Below, piece after piece: positions 17,314 through 25,060 of a DNA stretch of 42,009 bases. The position numbers were made by a program, and so were the translations under genes. Location: IMG/VR virus record IMGVR_UViG_3300025018_000047, positions 1 through 42,009 of that record. One strand, written 5' to 3'. The notes beneath the pieces are model-generated. The model was given only the letters and a program-made list of their open reading frames with translations. It was not told the origin of the DNA and searched no databases. The DNA is from a virus. Its lineage: Duplodnaviria; Caudoviricetes. The stretch's first letter is position 1, and each line of letters starts with the position of its first letter.

Positions 17314-19005
17314 TTAGAAGTGTCTTTCGTTTATAGTGAAAGTTCTTGTAGCTAATTCTTTTTTATCTTTTACCTGAATAATATCTTTGGGATTACTGGC
17401 TAACATATTAAGGTCAAATACTTTGGTGCGATGCTTAGCGATTTTCTTTTCGCAATACCAGATTGCCATTCCAAGCGACATTACCTCATCTTGCTCTAGC
17501 TTTTTATCTTCCACTCGGTAATTTCCCATTTGTTCTTCAAGCTCTGGGATGACGAATGATCTGATTTTTCCAAATAACGGATTAAGCTCAGTGACTTTTC
17601 CGTCTTCGCTAGTTTTAACCTTTCTGTTATGGGTGAGAACTAGCACAAGATAGAATAACATTTCATCTTTAGGGCTTCTGGCCATCGCGAAGTCGTGCAG
17701 GTGTCTAACTTTCATTTCATGCAACATCTTGGAAATTATGATTCCTCCCATTGATGAGCTGTCGTGAACAATATCAGCATCATTGAAATCTACTTGCAAT
17801 ATTTTTAGTCTGGCTAAAGCGGCATAAGGGGACCCTCCTTTAATTGATTCTCTAAAGACAACTCGATAATGAACTCCATCTGCTGGTGGTTTCCCATCGA
17901 GGTAATTCATGAGCTCAGTGATATCAAGAATATAAATGACAGTAGGATCGCCAGTATCAGCAAAGCCCCAGTCAACTCCGATAACATAACGGCGGTTCGA
18001 TTCTCCCATAGTGAGCATTGGGTAATTCTCCCACATCTGATCAATAGCTGGTCCGGGGAATAGTTTAGCTCCAGATGATACGAAATCTCCGAAAGCAACC
18101 TGGCGATATTTCTCCTTGTCGGTTTGTTTAATCGAATCCAGAATCGAATTTTTCTCTTCATCTCCGATAAAGATATTGTTAGCAATTCCACCAATCATGG
18201 TGAAGAAACCATTTTGCAGTTTCATGCCGTATTTAACAATTCGCTGATAATAGACATGCGAAGGCTTATCTACCTCCGGGGTGCCAATGATATCCATTGG
18301 TCCACCGGTATCAAGCAAACGAGACTGGATTTTAGCTGGGAGCTCGGCTCTTAGATGAAGTGACTGGGGCGCTTCATCGTATGAAATGTAATAGAACTGC
18401 GTTCCGGCCAGAGAAGAGGCTTGATCTTCTCCGGTGGGCACACCTTTGATGGTGGCGTTGTTTGAAAATACTATTTCTCTTTTAATTTGTTTATGATCTT
18501 TGAGGAATGATTTAATACGGCAAGTGTTTCTAACTTTCTGGCCATTCCATTCATAGATCAGCTTATCATTGAAGATATCAACGATGTAACGATAGGCAGC
18601 ATCGACTTGCATGGAGTGAGGGGAGATGTTTAAGGTGCTGTATCTGATGTCTTTTATATATTCAGCTGGGCCACTACAACCTATCTTATAGAAATTATAC
18701 CATATATGCTTGACAGATGTCACGAAAGTTTTACCAAATCTGTTACCAGGAGCTAAAATATTCTTCAAAAATGGGTGCGCGAGTAATTTATCAATAGCTG
18801 GAAGAGGGATGCCGGCACTGAGTGATAGATCATAAGCTAATTCAATCTGAGTTTTGGTGGTGGTCCAAAGCCAAATTTTCTGTCTATTATGAAAATGTAA
18901 GCCTAAAAAAAACTCCCCAAAAAATACAGGGTCTTTTCTGCCTCGAGCGATAGCCAAAGCTAGATCACGGGGACTAAGATTTTGATTGTTTGAGGTATCT
19001 CGCAT
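17314..19005 (-). CDS. terL: Terminase large subunit
   Basis: Walker A GNRFGKT, Walker B ISYDEA, GTP coupling motif, RNase H-like GVDWG and a late D; start probably 19005 (alternative 19026). Confidence 0.92.
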   Translation of the reverse strand: MRDTSNNQNLSPRDLALAIARGRKDPVFFGEFFLGLHFHNRQKIWLWTTTKTQIELAYDLSLSAGIPLPAIDKLLAHPFLKNILAPGNRFGKTFVTSVKHIWYNFYKIGCSGPAEYIKDIRYSTLNISPHSMQVDAAYRYIVDIFNDKLIYEWNGQKVRNTCRIKSFLKDHKQIKREIVFSNNATIKGVPTGEDQASSLAGTQFYYISYDEAPQSLHLRAELPAKIQSRLLDTGGPMDIIGTPEVDKPSHVYYQRIVKYGMKLQNGFFTMIGGIANNIFIGDEEKNSILDSIKQTDKEKYRQVAFGDFVSSGAKLFPGPAIDQMWENYPMLTMGESNRRYVIGVDWGFADTGDPTVIYILDITELMNYLDGKPPADGVHYRVVFRESIKGGSPYAALARLKILQVDFNDADIVHDSSSMGGIIISKMLHEMKVRHLHDFAMARSPKDEMLFYLVLVLTHNRKVKTSEDGKVTELNPLFGKIRSFVIPELEEQMGNYRVEDKKLEQDEVMSLGMAIWYCEKKIAKHRTKVFDLNMLASNPKDIIQVKDKKELATRTFTINERHF

Positions 19006-19006
19006 G

Positions 19007-19612
19007 TTATAATTCGTTAGGATCAAATTGAACTACTTTTTCAGCTACTTTTTCTGGGGTGGGGTTTAACTCTTTACTGTCGTGACTAAAATCTTTAATT
19101 TCCTCTTCTTCTACTTCCCCATACTGAGCTCCTTGGAGCATGTCTTCGAACATAGTAGTTTTTCTCTTTTCTGCTTGGACTTTAGTGAGGGCAACCATAC
19201 GACTGTCACGCGCCTTCATTGCACCAAAAAGCCATTTCATTCTTTCTTTGACCGGAACTTGCTTTAGAATATCTGGATTATCAACTAACTCGTCAAGGGT
19301 GGCTTGGGAGATGGCCAAAATGTTTTTAATTGAATTGGTTTCCATTTCAGCTTCGGTTTTTTTCTTGTCAACAAATTTCTCAATAATGATTTCACGCTCA
19401 TTTCTGACCTCTAAAGCGAGTTTTTGTGCAAATTTATGCCAGTTTAGGTATTTGATATCTGGATCTAGGTCGATTACATAGGTTTTCCAAAACCCCCTTG
19501 ATGTCATATTGCCACCAAATTTATCATACTTTTCCATGATAGTAGCAAAGTGAGCTGATTTGGCCACTTTAGAATCGCTGCGGATTTTTGTGATGTCGGT
19601 CTGTTTTTTCAT
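19007..19612 (-). CDS. Putative terminase small subunit
   Basis: Helical 201 aa protein directly upstream of terL; first gene of the late arm. Confidence 0.65.
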   Translation of the reverse strand: MKKQTDITKIRSDSKVAKSAHFATIMEKYDKFGGNMTSRGFWKTYVIDLDPDIKYLNWHKFAQKLALEVRNEREIIIEKFVDKKKTEAEMETNSIKNILAISQATLDELVDNPDILKQVPVKERMKWLFGAMKARDSRMVALTKVQAEKRKTTMFEDMLQGAQYGEVEEEEIKDFSHDSKELNPTPEKVAEKVVQFDPNEL

Positions 19613-19620
19613 ATGCTAAT

Positions 19621-19649
19621 ATTATATAACAAAGTATGTCTTTCCACAA
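19621..19649 (-). promoter_or_regulatory. Promoter of the late arm, near-leaderless
   Basis: TTGTGG-17 bp-TATAAT; ATG lies 8 nt after the -10 box. Confidence 0.65.
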
Positions 19650-19668
19650 GTTACGCACAATTATCATA

Positions 19669-19697
19669 TTGACCCTATATTACAAAAATGCTAAAAT
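19669..19697 (+). promoter_or_regulatory. Sigma70-type promoter directed into the non-coding region
   Basis: TTGACC-17 bp-TAAAAT with TGn extended -10. Confidence 0.75.
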
Positions 19698-19762
19698 CGC
19701 AATTGTAAGAAATTAAAACAGTAACACTATGCTAAGGGAGCATAAAAGATTAATAGAGAAAC

Positions 19763-19791
19763 GCCGACCATAATTTGTGGTGGGTTTTTTT
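19763..19791 (+). terminator. Terminator- or attenuator-like hairpin
   Basis: GCCGACCATA/TGTGGTGGGT imperfect stem followed by a T7 run. Confidence 0.45.
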
Positions 19792-19799
19792 ATATTCCT

Positions 19800-20445
19800 T
19801 TAGAGAAGATCTTCGCGAGTGCGCCATGAATCAGCGCCATTAATAAGCGGAGCTCCCAGAACCCCCGGAAGTGATAACATCAGTGAGGGGGCATATGATA
19901 TGGAGTTAAGTCACTGGGGCCTAGCCGACTGAAATGTTGGCCCTGGCACTAGAATGGGCGAATAAGCGCGCCTGAGTGTTTTCTCACCCCAACCATATAC
20001 GGGATAAATTAACAACAAGGGCCGAGATCGGCTAGATCGTAGCCACCAATGGCAATGGAGAAGATCGTAATATTAGAGATAATAAGGTTTGCTTCCACGC
20101 CAGTATTTTTGAAAACTACACGATTTTTGCTATTTCGGCCCAATAAGAAAAGACACCATAATCTGGTGCCTGATCTTGAATCAATTTTTGGGCTCTGAGT
20201 TTTTAGGAAAGCGCGCTCGTATGCACTTTGCCAATTGGACCAATTTCTATAGACGATAGCTCTGGCTATAGAATGTCGTGCCATATATATTAATATTAGC
20301 AGTTTACAGGTAATAATGCAAGCTAGCATCCTCTCCCTACTGCCCCGGCAGCGTTCTTTGTTGATCTGCCCTGGGAAAGGGGTAAGATCTAATTCATCAC
20401 CCTTCCTCGCATCCGGGGGGGCGGGGAAAAGATGTTAGCGCGCAG
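19800..20445 (+). ncRNA. Candidate large structured non-coding RNA of unknown family
   Basis: GC-richer than its flanks, no convincing ORF, many nested stems with G-U pairs that favour the + strand, and an upstream promoter. Confidence 0.55.
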
Positions 20446-20923
20446 CGCCGAAATTATTTTTTTATTATGGCCCCCCAAAAATAACAAACTCAGGGGTCCA
20501 AATAAATTTAATTTTATTCCCACCCAAACCCCTGAAACTCTCATGTTCGCTCTCCTGCCGCACCACTCCTGTCAGCACACTACTGGACACGCTTCCTATA
20601 GTGTTTTTTTGTGTCCATACCGGGATAACAAGGTTACATGATTGTTAAACGATTGTTACTCGCTGGTGTTAGCCACCCGTGCGATCAGAAGTGTAGCCCC
20701 AGTGTTTGGAATAGACCCTTGTTTGAGGGGGAGAAGTCTTTAGACATCAAGTTGTCTTACTAATACCCCCACTACCTCTTTCCTAAATACAGAAAACCTT
20801 GTAAAGGAGGTGATAAGGCAGAGCGCTTGACTCCCCATCCCACGCCTGCCACTCACTTCCTAACTCATTTCCTTGCACCATAAAACATAATGTATCCCCT
20901 CTGGGGATAATAATATGCAATGT

Positions 20924-20970
20924 GTGGCACTTCGTGCCACGAAAAAAAAACGCGTTGCACTTCGTGCAAC
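20924..20970. repeat. Two perfect 7 bp-stem hairpins with a TTC/GAA triloop, 30 bp period
   Basis: GTGGCAC-TTC-GTGCCAC and GTTGCAC-TTC-GTGCAAC separated by an A9 tract. Confidence 0.85.
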
Positions 20971-21176
20971 ACGGGCGGGGGCAAGGCTCGCTACACCTAA
21001 TGACAATTGCCTTTGCTTCTTGTTTGGTTGCTATCTAAAGCCTCAAGCTCTCCTTCTTTCTCTCTATGGTAATAGTCTTTATTGCTCTATTGTTTTCATT
21101 AGCATTTGGGGCAATCTTTTGAATATCTTCAATTTATAGTTTTTATATGCTGGGCTGATATGCTCTAAGCTATAAC

Positions 21177-21209
21177 CTCGCTTCGCTCGGGGGGCGCTCG
21201 CTTTGCTCG
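21177..21209. repeat. 13 bp direct repeat CTCGCTT(C/T)GCTCG, two copies
   Basis: 21177-21189 and 21197-21209. Confidence 0.8.
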
Positions 21210-21250
21210 CCAGCGGTCAATCTATCTTATAAATAAGCTCCCTTTTAGCC

Positions 21251-21324
21251 TGTGGATAAGTCAGCATTAATTTTTAGAAAATAATTATTTTTAATTAATT
21301 GAGCCCTCTTTCATCTGTGGATAA
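21251..21324 (-). promoter_or_regulatory. Two perfect DnaA boxes flanking an AT-rich tract (candidate origin element)
   Basis: TGTGGATAA at 21251-21259 and 21316-21324; 21266-21300 is almost pure A/T. Confidence 0.65.
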
Positions 21325-21387
21325 ATCGGGGCTTTTTTAGTGGCTAATAATAGCTAAATAATAGGCAATAATAAGTAATGACAATCC

Positions 21388-21415
21388 TTGACAATCCCTG
21401 TCAGTATGCTATAAT
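21388..21415 (+). promoter_or_regulatory. Strong early promoter
   Basis: TTGACA-16 bp-TATAAT with TGn extension, at the head of the + arm. Confidence 0.85.
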
Positions 21416-21455
21416 AAATAGTGTTGATGAGTAATAAGCCATAACAAGAAAAAAT

Positions 21456-21551
21456 ATGATGATGACTAAATCCAAAATGCTATCCCTCTTTGAAAAATAC
21501 CGAGACTTAAGCTTAATTGAATTTGCCAGATTAATGGCTGGGATGATGTAA
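21456..21551 (+). CDS. Small early protein (31 aa, MMMTKSKMLSLFEKY...)
   Basis: First ATG-led ORF with A-rich context after the early promoter; below the ORF-track cut-off. Confidence 0.45.
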   Translation: MMMTKSKMLSLFEKYRDLSLIEFARLMAGMM

Positions 21552-21623
21552 GAAGCGGGGGCTATAAAGCGGGCTAGCGTAATTGCCCGCTCCCCCCTGC
21601 GCCAATTAATAATCACTAAATAT

Positions 21624-21761
21624 ATGAACTACAAAACAGAATGGGCTCTAAAGCTCCAAGCTAAAAGAGACAAAAGACAAGCAATCATAGTTTTAATAAT
21701 CGTTTTAGCTGGGATGATGATAATCGGAAGAATGGACTATTTGATGTTTTTCGCCAATTAA
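21624..21761 (+). CDS. Small single-pass membrane protein (45 aa)
   Basis: MNYKTEW...AIIVLIIVLAGMMII hydrophobic stretch. Confidence 0.6.
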   Translation: MNYKTEWALKLQAKRDKRQAIIVLIIVLAGMMIIGRMDYLMFFAN

Positions 21762-21937
21762 TCAATCAATAAACGGGTATAGTTGGATGAATTTATGAAT
21801 TTAAGCCAATTGCCCGATTGAAAATAGATTCTCTATCTTGAGCGCCTAAGAATGCCGAGCCAGAGAGTCAATCTAATAAATGGAGCGGGAGCGGATGAGC
21901 AATCATCAATTCCCGCTCCGAGAGGAACTAAAAACAT

Positions 21938-22387
21938 ATGAGCGCACCAAATTTTTATAACAAAAACGCCAGCAAGATATTTGCTAGCGAATGTCAAGAG
22001 GAGTTTGATTATGAAGACTTAATAATGAATATCCAGAGCGAGCTTAAAGGAGCTGATGAAATAGAGGAAAGCGACAACGAGCGAAGCTATCCAGCTACCA
22101 AATTTGCCAAGTTTGAAATTGAACAAGGCAAATGGCTGGCTACTCTGTATTTAACTATTAGAAGCGGTTATTTTAGCGGGGTAAATCTTGACTGGGAGGT
22201 TGAGATTGAAGATATAAACGAGGGAAGCAGTTTTGAAATGGGCGAGGATAAAATACCCGCCAGCCTCCAAGCGAGGATTGAAAGCAAAACAAGGCAAATT
22301 GAAAAAGTCTATGCCAATTATACCACGCCATTGATATGCCTAGCGGTATTTTCTAACGGCGAGGCTATCTACGAAAAATGTAAATAA
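21938..22387 (+). CDS. Acidic early phage protein of unknown function
   Basis: 149 aa, E/D-rich, with RSGY..G.NLD and FSNGEAIY segments. Confidence 0.75.
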   Translation: MSAPNFYNKNASKIFASECQEEFDYEDLIMNIQSELKGADEIEESDNERSYPATKFAKFEIEQGKWLATLYLTIRSGYFSGVNLDWEVEIEDINEGSSFEMGEDKIPASLQARIESKTRQIEKVYANYTTPLICLAVFSNGEAIYEKCK

Positions 22388-22393
22388 ATTTAT

Positions 22394-22699
22394 ATGACCA
22401 ATGAAAAAAAACAATTTAGAGCTGAACTTCTAGTCTGCGGATGTTGCGGGAAATATTTTAGAACTTGGCAAGGTTATATTGACCAAGACCAAGACAGAGG
22501 CTATGGAATTTGCGAGGAATGCCAAGACCTAGCCGAGGGCAGAGAAAAGAGACTAATTAAAGAACAAATTGAGCAAATCATCCCGCACTTGAAGCCAGAG
22601 AATCAAGCTAAAATTAAGAAGATGAGCTATGAACAGCAGAAGCATATTATTTTAGGCTTGATTGAAAAGGGGGCGCTAGTCTGGAAGATAAGCAAATAA
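22394..22699 (+). CDS. Zinc-finger-containing hypothetical protein
   Basis: CGCCG and CEEC motifs. Confidence 0.7.
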   Translation: MTNEKKQFRAELLVCGCCGKYFRTWQGYIDQDQDRGYGICEECQDLAEGREKRLIKEQIEQIIPHLKPENQAKIKKMSYEQQKHIILGLIEKGALVWKISK

Positions 22700-22703
22700 T
22701 TTT

Positions 22704-22874
22704 ATGACTTTTATTAATACTACCAAAAAGCACTGGGTAAATGGCTATCAAGAACGAGGAGGCGGGAAGCATAAAACCTTCGCGCTATCACTGGGCAATT
22801 ATGCCGTGATGTTATCTTGGGGCGAGCTTTGCGGGTATAAATGGCAAATCTACTTTTATAAATTATTATCTTAA
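22704..22874 (+). CDS. Hypothetical protein (56 aa)
   Basis: ORF fills the gap exactly with 4 nt spacing on each side. Confidence 0.6.
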   Translation: MTFINTTKKHWVNGYQERGGGKHKTFALSLGNYAVMLSWGELCGYKWQIYFYKLLS

Positions 22875-22878
22875 TTTT

Positions 22879-23127
22879 ATGACTATAGAGAAGACAATCA
22901 AAAAAATTGAGCGAGCTACTGGCAAAAAGATTGAGAGCAATAATGATGTTTTTTATAGAATAATTAAAAACGGGCGAGAGTTATCTTTTATTAAAAATGG
23001 GAGCGAAGACAGCGCAATCTGTTTTAGAACTAGAGGCTTAAATGATATTGACGACAGCAATTCTGATTATTGCGCTGGTGTATTTTGGGATAATTGCGCG
23101 CAAGCTATAAGAGCAATAAATAGATAA
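22879..23127 (+). CDS. Hypothetical protein
   Basis: 82 aa ORF in a tightly packed operon. Confidence 0.7.
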   Translation: MTIEKTIKKIERATGKKIESNNDVFYRIIKNGRELSFIKNGSEDSAICFRTRGLNDIDDSNSDYCAGVFWDNCAQAIRAINR

Positions 23128-23146
23128 AAAAATAATTAATATTAAT

Positions 23147-23311
23147 ATGAAATTATACTATCACAAAACTAGTGGAGGGGCAGAATATCTTTTTGATACC
23201 TTTATAAAATGCCCGAATGGACACAAGGAGGGAGCAATCACGCCAGAGACTAAATATGTTGTTAGAATTGACGGCGATATAACAAAAGACGCTGAGCTAA
23301 TTATTAAATAA
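23147..23311 (+). CDS. Hypothetical protein (54 aa, MKLYYHKTSGGAEYL...)
   Basis: Fills the gap; AT-rich start context. Confidence 0.65.
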   Translation: MKLYYHKTSGGAEYLFDTFIKCPNGHKEGAITPETKYVVRIDGDITKDAELIIK

Positions 23312-23318
23312 TAAATCT

Positions 23319-23678
23319 ATGACTACTAAAGAATCAATTAAGCAGGCAATCTATGACCACCTCCAAAAAGTGAGGGAAGCCGTTGTGGCTGAGCTCCCTA
23401 ATGGAGATGTGCAGGGAGTAATGGAAGCCGAGAGCGAGAATATCTATCAATTAATGAGAGCTTTAACCGAGACAAGAGCGCTAAATGAAGCGGTAATTAA
23501 TACGGGGAGTCAACTGGCGCTATCAGTAAAAGAGAAAAGCGAGGAGCCCAGACCCCGCTTAACTCTTTTTCTTAAAAATCTTTATTGCAGAGGAAACAGC
23601 CCGACTACGGAGATCGGCGCAGAGGAAACAGCCTGTGCATCAATCTCTTTAAGTTGGATCTTCAACACTCCCGCTTAA
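23319..23678 (+). CDS. Hypothetical protein; 3' third doubtful because it overlaps repeats and hairpins
   Basis: Helical N-terminal part; good start context. Confidence 0.55.
   Translation: MTTKESIKQAIYDHLQKVREAVVAELPNGDVQGVMEAESENIYQLMRALTETRALNEAVINTGSQLALSVKEKSEEPRPRLTLFLKNLYCRGNSPTTEIGAEETACASISLSWIFNTPA
23587..23633. repeat. 15 bp direct repeat GCAGAGGAAACAGCC, two copies
   Basis: 23587-23601 and 23619-23633. Confidence 0.85.
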
Positions 23679-23804
23679 AGAAACAAAGGGTTTCTATGTT
23701 AAAGCCATAGTATTAGCCCTAACGGAACACTCCCCTCGGATTAGGATTGGCTTCATCCGAAATCCGGGGGGAGGGGTTCCTCTCAAAAATAATTATTATA
23801 ATAT

Positions 23805-24107
23805 ATGAAAAACCTGTTAATAAAAATATTAAAATCACTACTAAGAAAGCTTGCTAACAATGATAATAACGATAATAATGATAAACCAAGAATTCAAATT
23901 CTATCAGCGGCTGCCAAAGTATCAGATATTATGCTTTCCCAGTCAAAACAATCTCATGATCTAATGGGGAGATACCAAAAGAAACTTTATAATGATATCG
24001 TTTTTGAAGCTTATAGGCGCAATCTGATAGACATTTCATCATATTACGATGCAAAAAGAGGAGTATATACTCTCAGAGCGGAATTATTAATAGCTAAAAA
24101 AGACTAA
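23805..24107 (+). CDS. Hypothetical protein
   Basis: 100 aa ORF. Confidence 0.65.
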   Translation: MKNLLIKILKSLLRKLANNDNNDNNDKPRIQILSAAAKVSDIMLSQSKQSHDLMGRYQKKLYNDIVFEAYRRNLIDISSYYDAKRGVYTLRAELLIAKKD

Positions 24108-24119
24108 CTCCATAACAAG

Positions 24120-24128
24120 TGCTATAAT
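24120..24128 (+). promoter_or_regulatory. Extended -10 promoter
   Basis: Intergenic TGCTATAAT, the same core as the early promoter. Confidence 0.6.
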
Positions 24129-24156
24129 ATAAAGATAAGACATAGCACGAACTAAT

Positions 24157-24381
24157 ATGCACAAAAGAGTAAAATTTGAGCTCCAAGAAGGAGACTCATG
24201 CCCATATTGCAAAATTGGCTCAATCTTAGTTAGGTCCGGCAAATTTGGAGACTTCTTTGCCTGTAATCAATATCCTAGATGTGCCTTTATCCAGCAGATT
24301 AAAGAAGATAATGGTAATCCTCTAGATCTGGCCGCCGATGCTTTCTTAGCCTCTCATGGGATAAATATGCCACGAATATGA
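24157..24381 (+). CDS. Topoisomerase I C4-type zinc-ribbon protein
   Basis: CPYC...L.VRSGKFG.FFAC..YP.C. Confidence 0.85.
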   Translation: MHKRVKFELQEGDSCPYCKIGSILVRSGKFGDFFACNQYPRCAFIQQIKEDNGNPLDLAADAFLASHGINMPRI

Positions 24382-24536
24382 CTATTAAAGCTAAGCGCCG
24401 GGCTCTCTATCTTTATGAATGTTCTAAATGCCATAAGAAAAGATCGAGCCGAGTCTATAAAAGGGCTTCTGATCGGGTATGTGCGATATGTCGCAGAGAT
24501 CAAGTCCCGGATAATCAACCAAGTTTATTTAACTAA
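24378..24536 (+). CDS. Small zinc-finger protein (52 aa) with C-terminal QPSLF motif
   Basis: CSKC...CAIC; ATGA overlap with the upstream gene. Confidence 0.7.
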   Translation: MTIKAKRRALYLYECSKCHKKRSSRVYKRASDRVCAICRRDQVPDNQPSLFN

Positions 24537-24574
24537 CATCCCCCCTAAAAAGTGGGAGATAAGATAAAAAATGT

Positions 24575-24706
24575 ATGAACATAAAAGTATTAAAATTAAA
24601 AAGGTTAGTAGAGGATTTAGAAATAGAACTTGATAAAGAATACCCATATACAGATAGTATTGCAGAAGATATTGTTTCAGAAGCTAAGAGTTTTATTAAT
24701 GACTAG
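24575..24706 (+). CDS. Hypothetical protein (43 aa)
   Basis: MNIKVLKLKRLVEDLE...; bounded by junction motifs. Confidence 0.6.
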   Translation: MNIKVLKLKRLVEDLEIELDKEYPYTDSIAEDIVSEAKSFIND

Positions 24707-24750
24707 CCCCCCCCAATCAAACAGGGATTAAATAATAAGATGTAAAATGT

Positions 24751-25023
24751 ATGAAAGCAAAGTATAAAAATGTTAGCTTCAAATCTCAAAAAGATTTTGA
24801 AAAATGGTTAAAAAAATTAACTAAATATCACATCTTCTTTGAGTTTAAGGGACAAGATTTCCTTGAATGGTTTATTGATGAACGAGGAGAAATATTACAC
24901 AGCGACTTACAGTCTTGGGTTTGGAATGGGAAAATGTTAAAAACCGATAGTATTAAATTAGGTAAAAAACCAGTTTTTACTGACGGTAAACAATTAAATT
25001 ATAAAATAGTTAAGATTAACTAA
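24751..25023 (+). CDS. Hypothetical protein
   Basis: 90 aa ORF bounded by junction motifs. Confidence 0.7.
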   Translation: MKAKYKNVSFKSQKDFEKWLKKLTKYHIFFEFKGQDFLEWFIDERGEILHSDLQSWVWNGKMLKTDSIKLGKKPVFTDGKQLNYKIVKIN

Positions 25024-25060
25024 CCCCCACTATAAGTTAATACTTAGGGGGAAAATATGT

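Noticed and set aside
17991-18010. tRNA T-loop-like GGTTCGATTC
   Set aside because: Lies inside terL and has no T-stem or cloverleaf; the same applies to the match near 33921
20009-20329. 106 aa minus-strand ORF, and the ORFs at 20432-20641, 20915-21139 and 21401-21616
   Set aside because: Atypical composition, no recognisable motifs, and overlap with hairpins or promoters; treated as probably spurious
23587-23633. Mini-CRISPR array
   Set aside because: Only two 15 bp repeats with a 17 bp spacer, too short for CRISPR
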